From Camelus ferus (taxonomy: Eukaryota), in contig NC_045707.1 in NCBI RefSeq assembly GCF_009834535.1, positions 48,548,001-48,612,000 on the forward strand: DNA of 64,000 nt, given 5' to 3'. Under the pieces are notes generated by a model. That model ran no database searches, was not told the origin of the DNA, and saw nothing but the letters and a program-made list of their open reading frames with translations. Shown piece after piece: positions 1 through 11,080 of the stretch. Both the position numbers and the translations under genes were made by a program. Numbering within the stretch: the first letter of the stretch is position 1; the number at the start of each line of letters is the position of its first letter.

Positions 1-1069
1 TCCAGTTAATATGTCAAAATGTTCTGCTTTAAGCAAGAAGACAGAAAAGCTTTGCCATACCAGAAAGGGGCATCTTAATCCCATCACTCCTTTGTCACTC
101 TCCCAGGAAGTAGCATTATGTAAGCATCTGATTTGCATCAGGGGGCAGCCTCGATTTTGGAGAAAGCTGTTTGCAATTCAGTAAGCTCCATGCACTATGT
201 TGCCTTTTATATGATTCCTTATGGTACTGTTGATAATGATCGTAATACTTTTTTTTTCCCCAATGGAGAACACTGAGGCAATGCTGGAAAATCAAATGCT
301 TGGTCTCTGTGTAAGTTAGAGGATATATGAAGTCTGAGAGAAATGAATCTTCATATTTTATGATCTCTGACCTGGATTAAGACAATTTACAAAAGGGCAC
401 TAGGTCAGGTAGAAGCAAGGCTGAATTGATGGCCTTGAAATGAAGACTGGGACAGTTTGAAAAGTGAGGGAAGGAGAAAAATAGAAGAAGGGGGTGGGGA
501 GGAGAGAGAGGAAAGAGAAACAGAGACAGAGAAGACAAAGAAAAAATAGAAGTTGCTAGGGAGGCTGGATGATGGGGTAGAAAAGCAATTTTGAAACCCT
601 TGAAAAGGTCAAAAGTTTATATAAAATTCATCAAATGTTCTGCTCATTTCCCTAATTCATTCCTCTTAGCTTTTTGAGTGTGCTGGTTATGCCGCAGGAT
701 CTTGTAAAGCCTGAGGTTTTCTTTCAATTTCCCATTTTGAATAGTTAAATAACAACCGCCTCCTTTATTGTCCTATAAATCTTAATTCTGTTTCCATCTG
801 AGCTGAGTTGTTAAAAGGTTAATAATTTAGAGCTGTTTCCTGCTTTGCCTGGGTTACTCCTTGACAGAAAACACTTGAAGTAAGCTACTTCTTAATGTGA
901 TGGATTGTGGCTATGGGTCACTTGGACTTTCCAAGTGAGATGGCCACAGTGTTGGAAGAAACCTTCCAACACAGACAACTCTCCAGATGTGATAGAAATG
1001 AATAGAGACACCATTGATAATTGGGGGAGAAAAAAGAAGGAGAAATAACAAAAACAATGGTTGTCAATG

Positions 1070-1160
1070 ACAAGGACCTTGAGAACAGGGTCCATGCATC
1101 TTGTAGCAATCACCACAGAGTCTGGTACAGTGCATTGCACAAAAGAGATGCTCCATGTTC
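1070..1160 (+). mobile_element. L2 LINE 3' fragment (ancient)
   Basis: Degenerate L2 3' motif (ccttgagaacagggtcc...tggtacagtgcattgcac). Confidence 0.4.
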
Positions 1161-1390
1161 ATCATAATGCATCCAAAAGCATAGACTGAATGCCCTGGTG
1201 CTTGTAATGAAAACAAGAACAAAGCAAGATTTCTAATCTTCAGTTGCTTGAAGTCAAGCAGGGATGACACAAGTAAACCAGAAAAAGAAACATAAATACT
1301 TCTTACACATTATCCTCGTATAACTTTTCTGTTCCCAATTTGTCCCAAATGGCATGCAGTATTTTGGAGATATGAAGATTATTATACGAA

Positions 1391-1606
1391 GTAGAGTTTC
1401 TCAACTTGACATTGACATTTGGAGCCAGATAATTTTGTGTGATGTAGGCTCTTCTCTTAGATTTTGTGGGATGATGAGTAGCATCCTGTGCCTCTATGCA
1501 CTGAATGCTAGTAGTACCCCATCCCCAGATGTAACAACGAAAAATATCTCCAGACATTATCAGATGTTCCCTTAGGGGACAAAATGCCCCTTGTTGAGAA
1601 CTACTG
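1391..1606 (-). mobile_element. MER20 (hAT-Charlie non-autonomous DNA transposon)
   Basis: Minus strand reads cagtagttctcaacaaggggcattttgtcccctaagggaacatctgataatgtctggagatatttt, matching the MER20 5' consensus; near full length. Confidence 0.9.
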
Positions 1607-1689
1607 CCATAGAGCATTCAGGTTCTTCTTTTTTTTCTCAATTACTCTTTTGATTTTTGCTGTATCAGCCTTTGTTATGTTATATATGC

Positions 1690-2180
1690 AGTAAAAGTGG
1701 CAAATTGGTGGACTTCTCTGAGAACCATTCTCTCCTTCTTCCATGGTATTGGGTGCACATGGCACTCCATTAGAGACTGCTTAGCCCAGTTTCCTTTGCA
1801 GATTGATGTGGACATGTGACTAAGTTTAGTAACTGAAGTGGCGGAGTGATTAGAGTCACCTCTAAGCATTGGCATTAAAATAAAGAGCAAATTATTTTAT
1901 ACTTTTCCTTTCCTTTTTACTGTGGATCCTGGACAGCGGTGATTTAGCTTCAACAGTGCAAGAAACGCAACACCCTAGAGGACAGGGAAATAAGAGGATG
2001 GAATAACTTGGTCAGTGACAGGTTTCCTGAATTACTTTGTGGAACAAATACCATCATCAGCCTCAACAATCCACCAGGAGCTTCTTACGTATAAAGGATA
2101 AAGACTTCTACTTTATTTAAGCCACTGTGTTTTGGTGTATTTTTGTTACAGAAACTTAGCCTTTCAGCTCCTAACAGATG
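1690..2180 (+). mobile_element. MLT1-type MaLR solo LTR (old subfamily)
   Basis: Typical MLT1 3' end tttaagccactgtgttttggtgtatttttgttacag...ctaacagat and internal catgtgactaagtt motif. Confidence 0.7.
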
Positions 2181-3606
2181 TAGAATATGTATGATTCCAT
2201 GCACATGAATATTTTATATACATGCTCACACTTGTGTGATCAATGTGCAATATTCTGGTTTGGCAAGACATTTTACAAAGAGGGAAGTATATAAATAGGT
2301 ACATGTACATATTAGAATATAAATATAAAAAGCTATAGGAACCTATCTAATGGAGTAATTAATTCTACCAGTGTGGCTTCTGGGCCTTAAATGATGAATA
2401 AGAGTTTGTCAGAAAGATTAATGAACCAATGGAAGATTGTTTTCTGGTTTCACAACTTGAAAGGCTCTCATCCAGAAAGAGCTCGTGGTAGCTCTACGGA
2501 CGGCTGCAGAGATCAGCCAAGTCACGTGGATGTTCTCTTTTAGTCAGATCACTTAGCTGCACTCCCATCTCACACCGTGATGATCACCAGACTTCTGGAA
2601 GTGACAGGTGTTTTAGTGCAGACAGCTGACTCACCTGAAAACCTTGTGTTTTGATTAAAAGAGTTCTAGGTTTCTTTTTGTGTGTGTGCATAGAAAGAAT
2701 CTTTAGCAGAAGTGTTCTTCCTCTATTTTCTAGTGATTGTGGTTATGTATCACCTAGATTGCCTTCTGCTCTGAATTAAATGCTGCCCTCTAAAACATTG
2801 CCACCCAGGAAACAAAGTAGCATTTGATAATATACTAATGGAAAAGGACACAATGATTCAAATCAATTATCTTAAGCTAAACTGAACTCAAACTGTCTCA
2901 TGAAAATCAGTATGTATTATGTCAGCTTATTTGCATTACTGAAAAAAAATTAACTATGTTAAAAAAAGCAGTTGAGTTGTCCTAGCATCATTTTCTCCTA
3001 TAAATTTGTATTCTCTCATATGAGGAAAAAAATCACATTTTGAAGATGAGTCACAATGACATCCCACTCCCAGTGAATTCCAGCATTCTTTATACATTGA
3101 TATGTCAGTGAAATTTCTCATAAAACCTTACTGTACTTACCTTTTACCAGATTTTTCAAATATAATTCATGTTTTTCCAGTGAGCTGTTTTCTAGACTTT
3201 TCTTATACTCGACCTTATATAATATCCTGATGAATCCTGGTATCAACTTTTCTTATTTATTATTTTTTTTTTGTTGTACACCACTGAGTCTCTTAAAAAA
3301 ATTGTAAGGAGTTTGACCCCCTCCCCGCCCCACCTTGAAAACATTTTTCTCTGTGCTTTTCTCCTGTTCGATAGTTGCAAAAGACCCTGTCTCTTCATTT
3401 AATATTTCCTTCTAACAGCAGTTCAGTTATGTTAATTCTTTGCTTTCAAGAGGCTTTGTACTTCTGTTACATCCACATTTAACTGTTTCATGGATATTTA
3501 AATGAAGCAGTAGCATTCCAGAGAGTTTAATTGTAAAAATGTCGGCAAATTTTTCGTAAAAATTTAATTTAAAAAATCTGCTAAAATATTCAGTAAGCCC
3601 TTACAA

Positions 3607-4374
3607 TGTAATTTTGATGCTACTTACCCAAATCTAGCACAGACTTCTCAGGCTAAAGAAATAGCCCCCAGTAAAAACTCCCCTTATGTCAGATATCAGC
3701 TAGGAGTTAAGGGGTGCCAAGGCCACCTACTCTTCTGGCTACCAGTTTGGGAGTTTTCATCATTCCCTCAGATTCAATAATTCACTAGAATAACTCACAG
3801 AACTTAGGAAAATACTATATATATATGTGGTTTTATATATAGATATAGATACAGATATAGATATAGATAAAATTACACTTTTATTACAGCAAATGGATAC
3901 AAATCTGAGAGACACATAGGGTGAAGCCTGTGAGGGTCCCTAAAGTGAAGCTTCCTTGTCCTCAGGACACATCACCCTCTTGACCTGTGGACGGTTGATT
4001 ACCAACCAGGGAAGCTCACCTGAACACCAGAGTGCAGAGTTTTTATTGGGGTTTCATTGCATAGGCATAATTGATTATTGAATCATTGAATTCAGTCTTA
4101 AGCTCCTACCCATTCCCTGGAGATAAGAAATAAGGCTAATACCATTTGGCTCAAACCTCCAACCCTCTAATCACTTGACTGATCTTTCTGATATAGGGAA
4201 CTCTTAAGTACCTACCATGATTCACTTTATTTGCAAAAATCTCAGGTTGTGGGGTCTTCCAGGGCCCACCATGAGAAACAAAGATACTCTCTTCACTCAG
4301 GAAATTCCAAGGCTTTAGAAGCTCTCTCCCAGGAATGTGGGACAAAGACCAGACAAATTCTTTAGTATACAACA
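3607..4374 (-). mobile_element. MER21-type ERVL LTR (MER21C-like)
   Basis: Minus strand starts TGTTGTATACTAAAGAATTTGTCTGGTCTTTGTCCC...; shares motifs with the MER21 copy at 46409-47307; contains a TA/TAGATA simple repeat at ~3815-3868. Confidence 0.75.
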
Positions 4375-4561
4375 GCCCTCTTTGTAAATTAAACTTAAGT
4401 GTCATACATATATATCACTGAAATATTCACCAAGTGAGGTTAGTGCTTTTTACCTATTATTGTACTTTTCTGGAAGAAGAGCATAAAAGAAGTTTTTGGG
4501 GGGAAAGAACTAAGAATAGAGTATATGTGTTAGGAATAGCCTTGGGCAAAATTGGGAAATA

Positions 4562-5666
4562 CCAATCTCCCACCACTTATGATAGGGTTATGTCCTGATA
4601 ATCCCATCATGAATTAAATATATTGTTAAGTTGAAAATGCACTTAATATACCTAACCTACAGATGCAGGAAAACAGGCGTGAGGCGTGAAGAGGGCTGTG
4701 TCCCAGGCTTCGGTTGAGCCCCTGGGACGTGCCCTGCCAAGTGTGGGTCCTTGGCTTCATGCAGGAAAGAATTCAAGAGCAAGCCACAGTTGAGTAAAAG
4801 TATATTTATTCAGAGAGATACATTGAAAGGCAAGAGAAAGGTCGCAAGGTGTGGGCGTTGAGTGCTCAGATTAAAAATAGGTACACACTCCATAGATGGA
4901 GTGCAGGCAGTCTCCAAACAGAGAGAGAGGTGGCTGTGAGGCGCTGTGTTGCTAGTTTTTACAGGCTCAGTGGCTTCATATGCTAATAAGTGGAAGGACC
5001 AGTCTAAGTAGCCTGGGGAAAGGGCTGGGATTCCCAGGAAGTTGGCCATTTCCCACTCTTTGACGTTTTGTGACTCGCCTTGGGACTTCCATGGTGCCAG
5101 TGGGGGTGTTATTCACCATGTTAATATATTACAATGGGTGTATAATGAAGGTCAAGATCGGCTAGAAGTTAAATCTCCCATCATCTTGAGCCTCAAGGCC
5201 TCCTGGGGGTTGACTCTTTCAGCATTTTGATGTTAATTGCTGTAGCATTCCTTGAATGGCTGTGCCCTGCCCTCTTCCTGTCTCACTACCAAACATCAGA
5301 GTTTAGCCTAGTCTACCTTAAGTGTGCTCTGAACACTTACATTAGTCTGCAGTTGGGCAGAACCAGCTAACACAAAGTCTATTTTATAATAAAGTGTTCA
5401 ATATACTGAAAGTGAAAACAATGGTTGTAAGTGTATAAGTTGTTCCCCCCCGTGATTGTGTGTCTGACTAGGAGCCACAGCTTGCTGCCGCTGCTCAGCA
5501 ATGTGAAAGAGTATTGCACCACCACGTATGGCCAGCCTGGAAAAAGATGAGATTTAAAGTACAACTTCTACTGAATGCGTATCATTTCTGAACCATCATA
5601 AAAGTGAAAAAAGAATCATAAAATTAAAAAAAAAAAAGTGAACCATTGTAAGTCAGGGACTGTTTG
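4562..5666 (+). mobile_element. MER47 (TcMar-Tigger), split by an ERV1 LTR at 4661-5285
   Basis: Matches the MER47 consensus (acttatgatagggttatgtcctgataatcccatc ... cctaacctac | caaacatcagagtttagcctag ... agtcagggactgtttg); TA at both flanks. Confidence 0.85.
4661..5285 (-). mobile_element. ERV1-class solo LTR, 625 bp
   Basis: Perfect 4-bp TSD CTAC at 4657-4660 and 5286-5289; minus strand begins TGAGACAGG; AATAAA on the minus strand near 4805. Confidence 0.85.
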
Positions 5667-5679
5667 TAGTTGAACATTA

Positions 5680-5860
5680 GAATATTAGAACTCGAAGGGA
5701 TTTCAGAGATTCTCTTCTCCTATGTTGTTTTTCTTTAGAAACAAACACACAAAGAAAAACTTCAGGAGAATTAAGTGTTTTGCCCAAGGTGGAAAAGAAG
5801 ATGAACTCTCAAATGTGAATCAAGTTCAAATTTCCCAGCGCTTCCCACCATACCGCAGTG
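5680..5860 (-). mobile_element. MIR SINE fragment
   Basis: Core-like aaacttcaggagaattaagtgttttgcccaaggt. Confidence 0.55.
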
Positions 5861-6479
5861 TCCCTTTGGAGCCTGCAGTAACTCTTCATTTCGGGCCTGT
5901 ACCTACGAGTCTCTCCACTCTGTCCTCTTTCTCCACCACTTGAGAGACTTCATGAGACTAAGCTCTCTTCCATCCCTGGTGTTTTCCTCTCTCTCTCCCT
6001 CTTCGTTGCTTTGCAACGCCAGTGGGCCAAAACTGAACTCCAAGTTCTCTTCCTTACACATTCTGATCTCTGAGAACTAGCAAGGACAGAAATGTGCTAA
6101 TAACTCATTTATAGCTCTTCCAGGTGTCGTGATAGCTTAACTCACTTTCTTAAACTGACCTTCCCGATTGGTGTTAATGAAGGGGATATCAGAAAGCAGG
6201 CCCTTGGCACTTCAGTGTACTCAGTTTCTTATGTCACAGAAGGCAGAATCTGAGTAAATTAAATGAAACTTTCCTTTGCAAACTGGGTCATTAACACTAG
6301 GTGTGCTGCTTAATGTGATAGTAGAAAAATCAGAATAGCAGAAGTGCCTGCTGACTGATCCTCTTATGATATATTTCCTATTCTTCTCCCAGGATAGCCT
6401 TCTAAAATACAAATCTTACCTGAAACTCAGGGCTGAGAGTCTGTCAGTGCCTCTCTATAGCCTCCAGTCCCCTTAGCTT

Positions 6480-6935
6480 TGCGTGCAACGGCTACCTTAA
6501 TCTGGCTTGGCCTGTCTTTCAGTCTAATTTGCAGCCACTATCACATTGTATGTCGCCAACCATATTATGCTATTCCACACCTCCTGCATGTTGTTCCCTC
6601 TGGCTGAAATTCTCTCCTGCTAATCTTCCTAGGCCTCTTTAATGCACATGGGTAACTCTTTAAAAAAAAAAAAAAAAAGCATAAAAGTGACATTTTTTGC
6701 ATATTGCCCGAATACTCAGATTTGATTAAGGTGTCCCTGCTCTAGTCTCTTTAGCAATCTAGAAAGTCCTGAGTTAGCACTTTTCATGCTATAATCTTTA
6801 TAATGAGTTATATGTCTCTCTCAAATGGGTTATGAATTCCCAAAAGGCAAGAACCAGTATGCTTGATTTTGTATCCTCAGAACCTGACTCATAGCATGAG
6901 CTAAATTAAGGTTTCATAAATGAATGAATGCATGA
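6480..6935 (+). mobile_element. L2 LINE 3' end
   Basis: Ends in the L2 tail ...gtatcctcagaacctgactcatag...ataaatgaatgaatg. Confidence 0.6.
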
Positions 6936-9264
6936 GTGAACAATATATATCATTGTCATCCTCACCCACCTTCCTCTTTCCTGGCGTTTCATGGTAAAGG
7001 TCTTTAAAATGTGAAATAATATCCACTTTAGGCTTTGAAAGAATCCATAACGTCAATAAAATTGCATATGTATGGGTATGAAAAATCTCGCCCTCTCCCC
7101 CCATCCTTCTCTTTAAATTCCTCATTGTTCACAGGATGTTATTTTGAAGTTGCATTTTACATCATGAATTTTTTTTCCAAGAGAATATGTTATGATTTTT
7201 GTTTTCAAATATAAATAGTAGCATTTCAAGGCTGTGGTGAAAGGTAAATGTTAGAAATCCTCATTCTTTGCAGTGGTAAATATTTCAAAAGAACTGAAAA
7301 GAGCAGTGTCCCCAGCTGCATCCACAATTGCCATAGTCACTATTATATTTTGACAAAATACACATGGAATTTTGGCAACATCCTTTACAAATATTACAAG
7401 ATTGTTTTTTTTCTCCAACTTAAAGGCCAGTATTTTCTCCTGGCTTCAGCTGTCAGGGCATTGTCTTTTTGCCATAAACCCATTTCATAATTTACTCTGT
7501 TTCATACAGTTCACAGAATGTGTAAACAAAAGTCTTAAGTTCATAACATTGTAAATTCTCCAAAATGAAAGATAAGCATCTATTGACAAAGCTGTGGGAC
7601 AGCAAGTAGGCCTCCTGTCTCTTCTAAAATTCACCATTGTTACTTAGTCCTCACTCCACAAGGCTAGAGCTCTTTGCTTGGAATTTTATTCAAAAGAATA
7701 TAAATAATGGATGACTTCGTTGATGTGAATAAGGTATTATATAGTATCTAGCTCTTCCAAAAGTGACATCTCAAAGACAAGAGCTTATATTCAGACTGAA
7801 AATTTTTCATGGTATAAAATGTACATGTGAATGGATTGATTTTTAAGATATAGATCATAAAAACTGACATTTAATAACACAGCAGAATGTAATTATTTGT
7901 GTCTACTATTCCAGTTTTGCTTACCAGATGTTGGCATCAAAAAAGATTAATGATATTTGAGCTGCTTATCTTTAGATTGATATTTACACTGTTTTTGTGG
8001 GTTCACAGTAGGTACTGCCTTTTTAAAGTGTATACGCATATGTAGGTTCTCTGATTTTGTATCTCTAGCAGATCTCTGTGGTTCCTAGAATGATGTTGAC
8101 AAAATTAACTTAGTGTATTATAAAACTAGCACAATGGGAAAAATAAAATAAGACATAAATGTTGCATGAATTATCCCATGAATTAATGAGAGTTGAGAAA
8201 CTGTGCTAGTTTCCCTGATCTAAGGATTTAAGAGCTGTTCTGTTTTCCTTAATTAATTAAGTAGAATTGTACCATTTTGTGGGGAAGGGGAAGGGAAGTG
8301 TGTTCAAAGTAGACTCAGTAGTACAATTTTGGCATGTTTTACATAATTAAAAAAATTAAAGTAAAACAACAGTAAAAATATTCTCTTTTAAGATTAAAAT
8401 CTCAACGTTTAAAATATTATCTCTGATAGTCTTTTGGCTCAAATATATGTACAACTATAACAATTGAGCATTAAACATACCATGCTTATATAGAGTATTC
8501 ATAGTTTTGGGAAAAGTTGCCAAAGCAAAAAGGTATGTATTTTTAGATTTATATTGTGCTTTGCATATGGCCCTTAAGAAATAATATAGTTTTCAAGATG
8601 AGCTCAAAGTTCACTGTGAAAGGTTTTGAGTTTTGGTTAAAACCCTGACACTTGGGTTACATCTCTTTAGATGAATGGTGAGTCATCATTTTCTATTGAA
8701 TCCTTTTTTTTTCCTTGATAAGTCTCTCGTATTGGCATAGTCTATTTGAACAATTAAGTAATGTATCTGGTATTATCATTAAAATTGCTAAAATTCAGGT
8801 AATGTTGACCAGGTATAACAACAAATTTTATTGTTACTATTATTATTTTGGTAGAGGTAATGCATTCTTTTTTTTTTTTTTTAAGATTTTTTTTTTTTCC
8901 CTCAGCAGTCATTTTATTTCTCTAACTTTTATTCTCTAACCTCTATCCTGACAATTCGTTGAATTAGAGGAAGGGAAGAGAACGTGTCCAAAGGATACTT
9001 GAACAATGCATTTTCCTGTTTACATTGATGCCTAAAAGTCATTTAGAACAGGCTCTAACTGGTTTGCAGGATTTGCAGTAATTTAATTCAAGTACCTTGC
9101 TGACCCTAAGGGTGGACTCAAAACAGGCTATAAATGGCAATAAGCACTAAAATGAGTTCTGTGATTTAACATTGGTAGAGTGTTTTAGTAAAAAGTCTCC
9201 TCTTCCTGTGAATGTTCTGATGTAAAAATGTTACAGACCACACTGAGATTGTAGAGGTCAATGA

Positions 9265-9425
9265 GGTTAGGAACACTGAGTTCTGCCACTGACTTACTGT
9301 GTGGTCTCCAGGAAAGAAAGTTAAACTTTCAAGGTTTCCACCTTTCCATGTATGGAAGAGAAATAATAACACTTAAATATTTCTCAGTGTATTGCTTGTA
9401 ATTATTTCTTCTGAAATGCTTTGAA
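9265..9425 (+). mobile_element. MIR SINE
   Basis: ctgagttctgccactgacttactgtgtggtctcc...aaataataacac resembles the MIR core. Confidence 0.6.
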
Positions 9426-9779
9426 ATAAGCATCAGAGAGATTCACTTTTGTTCTTCAGCTTTGATTTTATTTGTTAGTGAGGGAGAACATATTTTGCAT
9501 GAGAGAAAAAGAATTCTTGATAATACAGATGGTAAAATTCTATGTATTATATTTAAGTTCATTCTACATGATTTCATTAAGATCATTAGAGAAACTGGAA
9601 AATCCCTTTCCATTTCATATGGGTGCCCACAGAGATGGTGTCCTCCCTCCCTGTAGCTACAACCACCCTGAACTAAATCTTGGGCACTACATAGTGATGA
9701 ATCTTTGGGAAGTTTTCATGTTAAAAAGAGTTTCCTACTACTACCGAGGGTTGACAACATTATTCAATTGACTAAAATG

Positions 9780-10625
9780 AGTTTGTCAGTTAAGATATTT
9801 TCAAAACAAAATAACAGAAAACTCATACTGGCTTCAACAGTAGAGCACATGCATTGGCTTTTTAATGGCAAAGATCAGAGGTGATAGATAGTAGTAATTG
9901 CTTTTCACTAGGTAGTGCTATAGAAAGAATTCCAAAATTGCAGTGGCTTACAATGAAGTTTTCTTTGAGGTAGGTTACTCTGTACGAGGGTTTACTTCAT
10001 CCTGGTAGGCAGGCTGAGGAAGCAACCCCTACCTAGAATATCTCATGGGATAATACAAAGAAACAGTGAAACTATATACTGGTTTCTGAAACTTCTCAAA
10101 AATCACATATTTTTCCAACTCATAAAGCAGGTTGCATGGCAAAGGCTCATGTCAGTGGGGTGAGTAAATATAATTCTTAGAGGGATAGGCAACACATACT
10201 CTGAAATAATAATGCAACCTACCACCTAGAATACAGGTCAGACACAGTTTGATTAGGGCCCAGCTCCATTTCTCTGAGTCACAACTGTACTTAAATACTG
10301 ACTTTGACTTCAGATCATCTTTCTTCATGATAGTAAACTGATAATCATTCGAGGTCTTATATCCTGAAATCATCCATCAAAAGAAGAGAACTCTTTCCAA
10401 TCATAAAAAAGGTTTGGGTTTCATTTTGATTGGGCCCACTTTGAGTCGCATGCTCAACCCAGAAATCATCACTGTGGCCAGGAAAGGCAAATATTCATTG
10501 TCTGAGACCTGGGAATTGAGATCAACCTGGGTGACAGACTCACATAGTACACCCTGAACCAGTAATTGGTGTTGGTCCCACCCGAACCACACAATGGCAG
10601 GGGTAGAACTCATACAAGGAGCCAA
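9780..10625 (-). mobile_element. Old MLT1-type MaLR LTR fragments
   Basis: Motifs aataacagaaaactc..tggcttcaaca, ccaaaattgcagtggcttacaa, catcactgtggccagg. Confidence 0.45.
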
Positions 10626-10889
10626 TACCAGATCTATAGATCCAAATCCATTTTGTGATTAGTCAACTTTAATAATCACTCCTTCATGAAGTTCCATTGC
10701 CCTCCCTGCCCTTAAATTCTGTGATATAACCCCTTATATGGCTATCATAATATCCTTCAGTTTAATTTAGTTTGGAAAGAATTTCTGTTGCTTGCAATTC
10801 AAAAAGTATTTAACTTGGCAAAAAAAAAAAAAAATACAGAACTCGCAACAAATTGTTACATAAAAGAGGACTCAATAACAATTTTTAAA

Positions 10890-11080
10890 AATTGACCTTG
10901 ATTTGAAACCAAATCCTTCATTTCCTAACTGTGGGACTTTTAACAAGTTATTAAATTTGCTAGGCATATTTCCCTATCTTTAAAAAGAGAATAATCGAGA
11001 TGTAAGGCTTTTGGCAACAATTCAGTGAGCTAATGTACATGTGTAAAGGTCTTGCCTAGTGTAGAGTGGTGACTAATTAA
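10890..11080 (+). mobile_element. MIR SINE
   Basis: aactgtgggacttttaacaagttattaaatt...tgagctaatgtacatgtgtaaag. Confidence 0.6.
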
